A DNA stretch of 64,000 nucleotides from Fimbriosthenelais zetlandica (lineage: Eukaryota): the NCBI GenBank assembly GCA_977030845.1, contig OZ365111.1, positions 46,376,001 through 46,440,000 of the forward strand. Reading direction: 5' to 3'. The stretch's first letter is position 1, and each line of letters begins with the position of its first letter. Below, piece by piece: positions 1-11,375 of the stretch. The position numbers and the translations under genes are program-made. Under the pieces are notes generated by a model. It had not been told where the DNA came from, did not search any database, and worked only from the letters and a program-made list of their open reading frames with translations.

Positions 1-99
1 CAACCACTGGTTGAGCACCACATCACAGCCTTCCTGTAACGCATCAAGTGGTGGACATTGGTCAGTTACCATGTGGATAGGAACATTGAATATAAAATA

Positions 100-950
100 C
101 ATTTAAACACGTTAATATATGTCAGAATGCAAGCTTATTGAAAGTCGCAGGGAACTGGAACTGGATAGTCAATGAAGGTTTTAATAGACCAATCTTTTGC
201 ACTAGAAATTTTAGCGAAATAATAAATTCTCATTAATAAATTTCTAAGGTACAATGAATTATGGGGTGGGCGGTCAGAGAAGAGAACCCATTTAACATGG
301 ATGCCATGTAGCGTAATATTACTTGTGCCCTTATAAACATTTCCATATACTACTAACAGATCAAACCTTTGAATAACGGACATTTCTATGTACTACTTAA
401 ACACTAAAATTTTCATATACTACTATACGTTTTAAGAATCAATCGTGTGTACATAGATTACTTGTAGTTACCTGTTCAGCCAGCATGGTATATATGAGCT
501 GATGGGTGATCTGGTACTCCATGAGACCACGGACAAACATAATGTCAAGGCACTGCGGGGAGACGGAGCAGACCCGGCCGTGAGACTGGTTAGTACCCAT
601 CAACTCCCCCATACACCGGTCACTAAACTCCTCATCAAACGTTACTGTAAAGACAAGACATGATCACTATTAATACGTGATAACTGTAACGACAAGACAT
701 GATCACTATTAATACGTGATAACTGTAACGACAAGACATGATCACTATTAATACGTGATAACTGTAACGACAAGACATGATCACTATTAATACGTCAATA
801 CTGTAAAGACAAGACATGATCACTATTAATAGGTGATAACTGTAACGACAAGACATGATCACTATTAATATGTGGGAGACCGGTATTACATTGGAGAGGT
901 GTACGTGTGATTCTGGCCGGGTACCTGGATTCCGACGCTCCCAAAAATTA
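100..950 (-). mobile_element. Possible LINE endonuclease/linker remnant interrupted by the 39-bp minisatellite
   Basis: The minus frame over 640-480 reads …GRVCSVSPQCLDIMF…ITHQLI (cf. TRxxxxxxCLDxIF…SDHxLI). It shares the exact 18-mer TTTCCATATACTACTAAC (340-357) with 7082-7099 in the other fossil's linker region. Confidence 0.3.
644..872. repeat. 39-bp minisatellite, about 5.9 copies (ACTGTAACGACAAGACATGATCACTATTAATACGTGATA)
   Basis: Units start at 644, 683, 722, 761, 800 and 839 and are near-identical. This explains the 13-aa periodic ORF 635..862. Confidence 0.97.
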
Positions 951-3900
951 CTAAGGTCTCCTTAGAAAATTGAGCTAACTCACTGGACTTTTTTTATTTC
1001 CCGTTATTTACATCTGGTCTACATTCAGCATCAATTGCCGCTTTTCAATGCGATCCAGCATGACTGATTTAAAACATAGTTCAAAGTTTAAAGTGACAGA
1101 TTGGAAACTGTTAACTCCCTGATTTAGTAGACTCCCAATTTCCCCTTTAAAATTTCCCACAGAACTTTGTAGTTTCTAAAGCGACCAACTCAGTATCTGT
1201 CCTTTCATTAATATTCTGAATCAAATTATTTCAATACAATTGATACACATTGTTTTAATATAATTTCAACAAACTAAATACAAATATCCAGTTGAGTTAT
1301 ATAGTGTAGTCCCCAGGCTAAGCACACGTCTAATCAGACATGTATTTATTTTCACCTTGATCCCTGGACCTTCTGGATGAATTGCCTGCACAATCCACAC
1401 TATAAACTGCACTCAGGGAATCTGAGTCTGAGTAGACAGAGATACGCAGAAGGTCATCGTATAATCATCGTATAATATATACCCTATATCTATTAAAAAG
1501 AATCATAAAAAAGAACATTAATCCGTTTCTGTGGCAGTGTTTGGTAATAACATGTTGCATGTTTGCCTCACGTGTGAATTAATGACGCCATAATCTGAAT
1601 TGCCTGTGAAAATTTAATGTGTTTGGGAGATTTCGTGCGCTGCAGTTAAACCACTAGGGTTAACAGTTGTACATATCTGATATCAGAGGAGAATAAATAG
1701 CAACAACAGTGTTGGGCTTATTGATCTGAGAGCTCCAATAGTGAAAAGGTGCTCCATAGAAACATTTACCTCTCAAGGCTAAGCTTCTTCAACAAACTGA
1801 TTGTCTGATGTTCCTTAGATACAAATGAACGTAAAAAGTCGAAAAGAATGTCAAGACACACGCGGCTGGGCCTATACAGGTACATTCAATAGGCTTATAA
1901 CAGGTGATAGGAAGGGGTATCACAATAGGGTTGTAAAGGTGTTAGGTTCAGTAAGGCATGGTTGAACATATTACCATTTTAGTTTGTTGCACCCGACTGT
2001 CTGTGTTGGGTTTACAAATTGTACATGCATGCCTTGTAGCTCTATAGCGATGGAGTGCCTTCTTATGGCAGATAAGAATGGCTGTAGATCTTGTATGCAT
2101 TGAACATTCCATCTCGTGCAAACTTCTGTCAGTCCCAGTCTTGTATATGTCAGAACTTCTAAGGCATGCCATGGGGAAATTCTGCTTTACCAGTTGTCAC
2201 TCTTTAGTATTCATGTGTGTTAAGTAGTGACAGGACATCAAAAATGACAGGCAAGAAGCTGAACAAGAATACCGACTGTCTGGAGTCTTTTATGTCCTGC
2301 AGAAACCATGCAGTAAATGACTGAAAACTGCAGTGCTGACAGAAAGATCTCAAAAGAGTCAGTAGGCGACATTGTTGTCTCTCAGGCCATTGTACAACGA
2401 TAGGCTAAAACTTGGTTGTACAACGATCTGATAGTAGAGAGTGTTCACATTATATAGAGACAGTCAATATCCTACACACATCTTGTGTGCATTGAAATCC
2501 ATTCCATCGTATTCAACCTGATTCAATCTTCCTGCATTTCAAAATTCAAAACATTTGTCGGAACAATTTCATTATATTTGTTCTCATAACTCAGAAATTG
2601 GCAGCAATGACTGAAAAGGTTCAATGACACTATTGATATAGTATTAGGGCCTACTACATACTGGAAAAAGATTATTGAACCGCATGCACAAAACCCCTGC
2701 AGTGAAAACCCAAATTTCTCAATTGATCAGAGCAGAATGCAGAACCAAATATGGAAGGAATAGGTTGCATTGACGCATACAAATGTTCTGCATCCTACCC
2801 TTGGCCTTTCATTCTTACCACTATACGCTCCCCTTGGTATTTCGGGAAGGCCTTCAGTATGCCTGGAGCACCAGAACCCATCCTTTGTCTGCCACATTTT
2901 TATCAATTCCTCACTTTCTATTTTAAGAAGTGGGAAGATCCGGAGGGAGGCAGAGTACTGTACAGCTATCTCCTAAGTCTGGGTACATGTATTCTTTGTC
3001 TAATACAGTGGTGAGAATCTGGCTCTAGGCTATATAGAACCAGTTACCATAGACTCGTATGTTCAGATGCTTCACTAGTCATAGTAAAAACTCTATAGAA
3101 TATAGACTAACTCTCTGCCAACAAACAATGATGCCATTAGGCTTAATGAACATGGCTTTCATACTAGGTTGAGCTGTCTATAATGTTGGCATGGTGAATG
3201 GCGAGGAAAGCTCGCTAGTTTACTAATTCTACTTGCTTAATTAGTTACAAGTGTCAATCAGGGCAAAAACCGTTCAGTAGACTTGGATCTAACTCTTACA
3301 CTGTAGGCATAGAACAACTTGTGAGCATAGAATAGAGTTTATGTCTAATAATACCAGTATTGTGGCAACCAGAATGCAAAATTTGATTATCCCAGAACAA
3401 CTGTTGGTTGTCCCAGTGCTGCTGGTCATCCCTCAAAAATATGTTTGCCCATATTTTGGCAACCAGAAGCACCAAAATATAGTCAAAAATATAGACCATA
3501 TGAACAAATCTCATGGGCCTATAGCAGGACATTTTCGAATACTTTCGATACTGTTGGTAAAACATTTTCACATGGACTGCACATGAAGATCTGTGAGAGG
3601 ATGTATTTTCATTTCCATCTCATGCAGTCTCTAACCATGATCCTCCCCATGGAGGTCCATCTCTACCTATCGCCTGCCCCAGTCACATGTTAACAAGCCA
3701 CGTGTCAGAGGAATTCCCCAGACAACATTTTGTGTCACATCATTAGTCCTCCTAATCTCAGCTTGGTGGCACCTCAGCTAAGGGCAGGGCAGGGCAATGG
3801 TGCTGGTGGGGGTTTGCTCTCTTAGATAATGATACAGGCTAGGTCCCCGATGTCCCAGGCTGGGGCAGAGCATTATATGGTGTTCAGTGATAGGGCGTTA

Positions 3901-4869
3901 CACCAAACAGATTGGCTTAGTCTGGAACTTGTGGGTTCACCCAAACACTGCCATGTCTTCTATTGACTCAAGGCTTAGAGCTAAACTGGGCCAATCCACG
4001 ATTGGTTCGGGAAACCAGTCCCAAAAATGAAGCATTTTCCTTTTTTATATTTAGTAGTTGATGCCTCCTGAAGAATATCCACACTCTTGCTGGCCTTTTG
4101 GGGATTGAAACCATTGGTTTTAATTCAATTCCACACTTTCCAGCAACGAAATGAAGACCATGATCTGTTACTGAGCAAGTGAGTGAGTGAATATTGGTAT
4201 TTTCAGGACGAGAGGCGACACACTGTCGGCACACACTGGCCTGCACTTCTCCAACGGCTGCAACGGTTCATTTCCAAGCCCTTTGTGTTGGTGAAGCAAG
4301 GCCTAAAAGTCGGGCGAGTCCCTGAAGTATGGGCAGGAGCAGTCCTAAATCAGGTCTGGTGGCAAGCCGTCCCCGAGGCAGGTCTCAGGAATCAGGAGTC
4401 AATTTGTGTCCCGCTGAGATATGATTCATCTGGTGTTCAATGGCTGGCCTGGTTAAAACCCGCGAAATGGCCGGATTCTGCATCTGTTATCTTAAACACC
4501 ATCTCTGAGAGCGAAATCAAGTATCAACGGAAAAGATGTGTGCAAATCATTGTGAGATTGGGTATATGAAAATACAGGGCTCTCCCTGAAAATGTGGAAT
4601 AAAGATATACAACTTTTGTCGGTGGGACCATATTCCTCATTTAGCACTAAAAGCAAATTTCCTATTTGATAATTTCCCTAATCCTATAACCCTATCTAAT
4701 TTCCTATACTTAAGTACCTCATGTTTCAATTAGTGATATTCTAGGCTATAAAATATACATAGGTCCATTACCTAATAGCACCTGAGAGAGTGATTTGCTA
4801 ATAACTTAATGCGAAGGACCAAAAGTACCACATTTTTTTACTTGCTATGTTCTGAGGTGGAAATATAAT

Positions 4870-5450
4870 GGTCGGCTACATTAGATCTATCCATCCATAT
4901 ACCGAGGTAATGATAACTTGCCATAAGAGCTGGGGTGGAGGGGCAGGGAGCTCAGCAGAAGTAGTGCAAAACCCCAAAGGCAGGAGGTCATTAAACATAT
5001 AGTGACCAGGGTTGCTTCACACACCAGTAGGGGGCAGATGACCAGTCCCTCGAGGTTACAGAGGATGTTAGGAAGGCAGGAGATGACCATTGCCCGGCGG
5101 GTTCCACTGACCCAGACAGGGGGTAACAGAGCGAGGGTGGAATGCCCGAGGTCAGTGGTGATGGCTGGGGTTGATGTATATGGCGGCCTTGACCCATATC
5201 TGACCAGCAGCAGACGGCCTTAAAGGCTTAAGTCCCTATCACACTTCCACGAATCACATCCCAGGTGAAGTTCTTGGTCCCCACGAAGCCTCTAAGATCC
5301 TTCGAGGCCTCTACGATACTTCTATGATCTGCCATGTTACTGATACAGCCTTGGTAAGACCTCTGTAGGACCCAGTGGAGCTGGCCTCAGCATGTTAAAA
5401 GATCCAAGCTCCAAATCGCGAAAGTATGAGAGGGACTTAAGAAATAATAC
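4870..5450 (-). mobile_element. Decayed CR1/L2-type LINE reverse-transcriptase core
   Basis: Collinear motif remnants on the minus strand: LTSGIP (cf. SGVPQG) at 5155-5138, ctatatgtttaatgacctcc (cf. LYINDLP) at 5002-4983, and HYLGIWMD (cf. KYLGVxLD) at 4912-4887. Many frameshifts and stops. Confidence 0.6.
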
Positions 5451-5739
5451 TGCTCAGGGCCTACTTTTTCACGTCTGATCACCACCTATGGGCTCTGTTG
5501 TTGGCATGGTCTGTACTGAAATGTTACTAATGGAATTCAGAACGGCAACAAGAATGGCTTTTCAGATATGAGCTATTTTTGTAATATTTGGGTCATTTGA
5601 GAATTTTGTAGGGGATTGTGGCTCAAGTTAATCCTTTTGTTACAGCACTGTGTGGAAAAGGGCAATAGGAAATTTCGAGAATGCTGCAGAAATCATTATT
5701 TGCATTATATTTTGCGACTGAATCATTCTCTAGTACTCT

Positions 5740-6300
5740 GACCTTAATATCCTGGACAAATAATTAATGCATTACTGTGGTTGCTTAAAATGAAGCCAAT
5801 GGAAAGAGTAGAAGCCACTGTGTGGCATACACTTGGTGCAGCCAGCTCGTTTGAAGCCAAGTGAGAAGAATTAGAAGTCAACGCGAGTAGGTCCCAGCCA
5901 CTCCTTCTCACTCGCAAGTCACTTATGAGCAGTTCATATTGCAGCGAGGTGAGCCAGTGATCGAGTGGAGAGGGAGAGGAAGGGACAGAGGAGGACGAAG
6001 GCCTGGAAAAGCGGTGGTTGAAAGTGTTTGACAACAGGGAACGGTCCGTAATGCATTAAGTGCGATGCCATAACTAATAGACACCAAGCGGGCGTGGTTC
6101 AATGAGCTTAGGGTGTTCTGAAATGAATGGGATGAATGGGACAGGGGGGTTGTTACCCTCACCCCCATCCATTCACACCCCACACTGCTACCCATGTCCC
6201 CAATGGTATTACTCTGGGTTAATCTTATGAGAGTAGGTGGTAGGGAAGGAGAGTGGGAAGGGGGGCGTGTGGAAGACCTTACCCAATAACTCAAAGCTTA
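5740..6300 (-). mobile_element. Decayed LINE pre-RT region, probably the same element as 4870-5450
   Basis: ORF 5744..6034 ELAAPSVCHTVASTLSIGFILSNHSNALIICP resembles LAxPLxxIFNxSLxxGxxPxxWKxAxIxP, and it is correctly placed upstream of the RT core. Confidence 0.4.
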
Positions 6301-8029
6301 ATTCACAGTCTTATATTTTCATTAACTTAAATGGTGTAAAGAGAAGAGACAGTAATTTGAAAGGCTTCACAGGAAGAGTGGTAATTGAAGGGAGGGAGGA
6401 ATCAAATTAACATTTCAATTAGTCAGGCAGAGTGACAGTTGAGATGAGACAGTTTTTAAAAGGCTTATGTGGCTGGCTTGAGGTTGTCTATTAGAAATAA
6501 GACAATTGTCAGGTGAAAATTATAGATGTTACCATTGACAGAAAGACTGGCAGATAACTTACTTCATAATAAACTTCAGTAAATCGAAAATACTGATATA
6601 GCATGCTATAAAGTTATAATGTCCAATATAATAGACAATGTAGATTAACAGGTTTTTTCTATAGCTGACTTAAAAAGAATTTATGATAATATTATACATC
6701 CGACCACATTTCCCCACTAAAGACTGAAACATTGTTTTTAGCATTTCTATATAAATGCACTATACTAATAGACAAAAACTTATCATTCTTATCAATTCCA
6801 TCAACAGATTATAATTTCCTGGTAGCCTATATTCAGCTGCATTCTTCACTTCATGAACAAGAAACTCTTACATATGTTCTATATTAACGATACAATAGTA
6901 CCTGTTCCATCTTAATGTTTATCCCATTAGTCTTCATACAAACATACCAACCACCTAATATAACTTGACCCCCATCTGAGTACCCCATATACCCCCCACT
7001 GACACCACAAATTACCTGGAAACGCTTGAAAAAGGTCTCCAGGGGAGAAGGTGGAGGAGGGCTCCCCGAGGAAACGCCACCTTTCCATATACTACTAACG
7101 AAGCTGGCTTCACCACGCATACATATTCATCCACTCATCCTAACCAATAATAATTCCGGACCAAATTGGGCCAACCTAGAAAACCTCTAAACAATCTTGT
7201 AATAGCAATTTCGTCCGTGTACTCTAGTATGGACGTAATTTCTCAAGATTAAGTGGCGGCAAAAGCAGGCTAGGCCCTTTTGTAATTAGGAGATGCATAG
7301 CAGAAAGTGTTCCCCTGATTCATCAAGGCTGAAGGAAATTAGACGGGCTCTGTGTTTCCTTGTGCTTGTACATACATACCAGGGTTTTATGGGCGTCTCA
7401 TAGAAGGAGAGGTGATGAAGGGAGAGGCCAATATGGGGCAATATAACCTGGCAGCTGTTCTGTATTGAACAATCAGCGGACTGGGTGAAAAGACTTGATT
7501 TACTATGGTAACAATCGCCTGGTTATTATATGAATTGTTATTGGTTCGTGTTCCTCATGAGGGAGGCAATGGGAAAGAACAAGTGTGCTGTTCGTCTGTA
7601 CCATACTTCAGATTCCTGAAAGTCCCCCACCCCGTCCCTGGGCCCCGCATTACAATATCATGGATCCGACCCGGAAGATCCAGGGGTAACAGCCCAATCT
7701 ATTCAGAGTTGAATATTTTCCTTTTTCTTCACAGCAATTTTTTGGGGGAGGAGGGGGAAATGCATGCCCCTTCGAAGGGTCCATAACCCTGACACCCCTC
7801 CCCCCCTCCCGGTTGCAAAACCATGGATCCGACTGTTATAAAGATAACATAATTTAATGATAACATGAACGGATAAATCAATGATATTATGCCATATAAA
7901 TCCTAAATTGATTATACTATTTCTATATAAGCCCCAGTTCCGATGAAGAGTGAAGAAGTTGAGTGGAACATCTCTAGTGGAAATCTAGGGAACCCCGACC
8001 CGCGGGGTGATACGAATGCAAATGAAAGT

Positions 8030-9015
8030 CGATGTAATATTACCAGTGGGCTGGGACCAGCGTCCGTCCTATTATTGTAGGAATATGGGTCTGTAGAGAG
8101 GCAGGAAGCCACTCTGTGACGAGATTCCACCACCCTTCATCTGCTGGACTTGGAAGATAAGTGGTGGTCAAAATGAGCGGGCAAGCTGTGATAATCCAGG
8201 GGTAACTACCCGCGAGTACCACTGACCAATGCTTGACCATTGACGGCTCTAGGGTCAAATATCTTTCATCCCAAGGGCTGACTGGTTCTCTTTGCCATGC
8301 CTTGATCTGGTGAGGTAAAACGGGGCCTCCACTATCACGATAGTTAGAAGTTAAGAGAAAACACTGGCACTGTAGCCAAAATTTAGTTTTTGAAAACTTT
8401 CAAACGTGAATATATTTTAATTAAATATGGGGGAAATAGGAATGTGTACATACATTTAGGGTGTATTCTCGATCGTATTAAATACATCTTAACTGCTATC
8501 TTAGTTGCTATCGTGATAGTGGAGGCCAGCAATATTCTGAAAGGCCGGGATAACTTAACGCAGGTTTCTTACCCCTACAAATCCCCCAGGAAGGTGTATG
8601 AGCAGTGCTGTCTTATTGTTTATATAGGTCTGTAAATTTACGCTTTTAAACGTGGGTGGATGAAGATGATGGTGGCTTTGATCAGATATAGACCCACTCC
8701 ATCCAGTCTGTGGTGATATATGTCCCCACTGAGAAACAGTGATAAACTAATACAGCACAAGTTAATACAAGCATTTCCCTCCGTCGTTTCAATCGGGGCG
8801 TTGCACAATCCCACGAGCACTGACAAAACCTGACTTAAAAGCGGAAACTTACTTCCAGAATCAGAGGAGATTCTATTATTGGGGCTATTGGACCAATTCC
8901 ATTGGCCTTCTCTCGCATGCTGGTTTGTCAAGAGAAAAACGTATCGGGACTTTCTGAAGACTTGGGCGAAACCTATACATGCTGATAAATTATGCTCTGA
9001 AGCATTTGTTTGCAA
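8030..9015 (-). mobile_element. Decayed LINE APE-endonuclease remnant
   Basis: GDIYHHRLDGVGLYLIK (cf. YRxDRxxGGGVxxYI) in ORF 8638..9015, then TTYLPSP…PTIIGRTLVPAHW (cf. YRPP…IIxGDFNxxxW) in ORF 8040..8258. Collinear with the RT pieces at 6300-4870. Confidence 0.35.
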
Positions 9016-11069
9016 GGAAAATATTAGCCAAAGCTATATACATGCATGAGACAGACATCATATTCAGCTCGGAGTCGGGGTTGATTCATGCCAGAATATC
9101 CAGACATAAAGGGAAATGGGAGCGATAAAACAAAGTCTAAGACATGGAAGGGAACATCTCTAGTGGAAATGGTTCATATATCATCAAAGCATTGTAGGAG
9201 GAAGTCTTTGACTTTGGTATATTTGAGTCTTGGCTCTGATATGGAAGTTTTTTCAAAAAGACAATCTGATATCTGTCATTGCTGGCACGAACCCTATGTC
9301 ACAAACAAGCCATTTCGACTGTCAGCTCCAAATCCACCATCACCCTCATCAAATCATAGGGTAATTATATTGAAGAAAAGGAACAAGTAAATTTTGGAAA
9401 AGAATCATCTCTTGGTTTTCATACTCAAAGGGCACTGATCTAAAAATGAACCATCATTGAGAAATAACTCTATTTGAACCTTTTATTAACCAAAATTGAG
9501 AGACCAAACAAATGGCAATTGTGCAGTTAAAGTGAAATGCTCTGTGGAAAAAAATTGCTGATAAAAATGCAGAAAGATTGTAGCGCACTTTTTAAAAAAT
9601 CTATATGATGGGGCCTACCGGGGAAGGATGGCAGTAATGGGGCCTTTATCTTGCGCCTATAGGGAAGCAGATAGAGGGATTCTATTAGTATCCCTTCATC
9701 TCGCCTGACATTCTCTATACTACCCTGCCCCGCTCTACTCCCCTCTTCCACCTATCCCATCTCCATATTCCCCAGCCCGTTGAGAACTCGATTTAGCCTC
9801 TCCTTCTCCACGCTCTCCCGACCAATTTTACATCTAAATTACTTCATTTATATATTTATTTTCCACACTAGATTATCTCCTCATAAAAAGTCAATTCTCA
9901 CTTGGTTTTGTGTCTGGTTTAGTTCATATTTCAATTGTGTATATTTGAGAGAAAAAGTGAAGTGGGATTCACCAGGTTTATTGATGGGATATGTAAGATG
10001 TCTTGATTAACATATTGGATCCGAAGTACACCAAGTGGCTTATCACGCCCCTTATCGGGCTAACCAGCTTGGTGTTTGCATTGAATGCCGATAATGGGGC
10101 CGATAATGGGCCAGAATGCCAATGATAGAGCTGCTCAGGGCAAAGCATCAAATTGGAGGGAATTAATAGCTATAGAGGAAAGGACCGCCTGCTTAATAAG
10201 TCCTAAATCGACACCTCACTCGATGCTTCCTATTATATTGATTGGGCGAGGGTGTCTTTCTCCACCCCACTTCAACCAAATCTATATCGGTACGGTAGGG
10301 TGGGGTCATTTGAACTGCTTTGCTTTTTGTCAGAGTTAGCACTTAATTTGGTGAAGTGAGATATTTTAGTGTTTGAGGTGAAATGGATTTTTCATGCGTT
10401 AATTAAACTTTAAGTGCTTTTTCTTAGAAACTGGTTATAGATTTTGATGGCAGAAAGGTGAGAGAGAGACTCAGACAGAGAAACGAAAGGGCCATGCCCA
10501 TACCAGGCTAAATATCCAACCCCTTTACAAAACTAAACTAACGATATATCAGCGAAAGTTTCCAGTGTCAGACTTTTAATATATTGTTGGTGAAGGCTAA
10601 TCCACCGGATTTATAAAGTGAAAATGGCATCATTAATTTCAGATCAGATAATCCTTTCTAAAACTTAACGGTATAACTAATGGACTTTGTCACCTCTTTT
10701 TTCAGCAAAGCAAGACAGGGTGAGCCCTAGACGTGATGAAATGGAACTTCAATGTTCAATACATATATTTTCCATGGAGGTTGGAACCATTTCAGAAGGG
10801 AAGGATGATATATAGTTTAAGCACCAAATAATATTAAGTTTCCGTATAGAAGACTTCGAAGCAGCAATGCTGAGGACAAGAATATGGACCATGATATAGC
10901 ATGAATGGAGCATACGTTTCCATGTGGTTATTCAGAGGACCGCATTGATTGCATTCATAATGAATGATAATTGACAACCAAGGGTCAGTGGGTATTCCTT
11001 CCGGCATTCCCTATGGTGCCCAGCTTCTATATTTCCCACCCATCTGACAATATCAATTTTATGCACTCC

Positions 11070-11375
11070 CACTGTCTCTCTCCCTCTCTCTCGCTCTGTC
11101 CCTGACTCTCACTCTCTATCCCTCTCACTCCTGTGCTGTCTCTCTGTGCTCTCTTCCTCCCTCACTCGCTCTCTCTCCCTCTCTCTATTACAATCTCTCT
11201 CTCTCTATGCTCTCTCTCTCTCCCTCTCCCTGTTACACTCTCTCACTCTGTGCTCTCTCTCCCTCTCTCCCTGTTACACTCTCTCACTCTGTGCTCTCTC
11301 TCTCTCTCTCCCTGTTACACTCTCTCACTCTGTGACCTCTCTCTCAATCTCCATGTCTCTCTCACTGTCTCTCGC
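11070..11375. repeat. CT-rich compound microsatellite with an embedded 41-bp unit (CTGTTACACTCTCTCACTCTGTG…) x3
   Basis: Direct inspection; the unit starts at 11230, 11271 and 11312. Source of the L/S-rich ORFs 11133 and 11146. Confidence 0.9.

Noticed and set aside
635-862. 75-aa periodic ORF (CRYSYHVLIVIMS)n
   Set aside because: Translation of the 39-bp minisatellite; no splice or coding context.
4183-4569. 128-aa plus ORF (longest on the plus strand after 14240)
   Set aside because: No recognisable domain, a non-ATG start, and probably the antisense of the LINE fossil's 3' part.
8852-8998. Phase 1-1 minus exon candidate with a perfect GTAAGT donor
   Set aside because: Its frame runs straight on into endonuclease-like sequence, so it is more likely TE-derived. 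Not fully excluded without RNA data.
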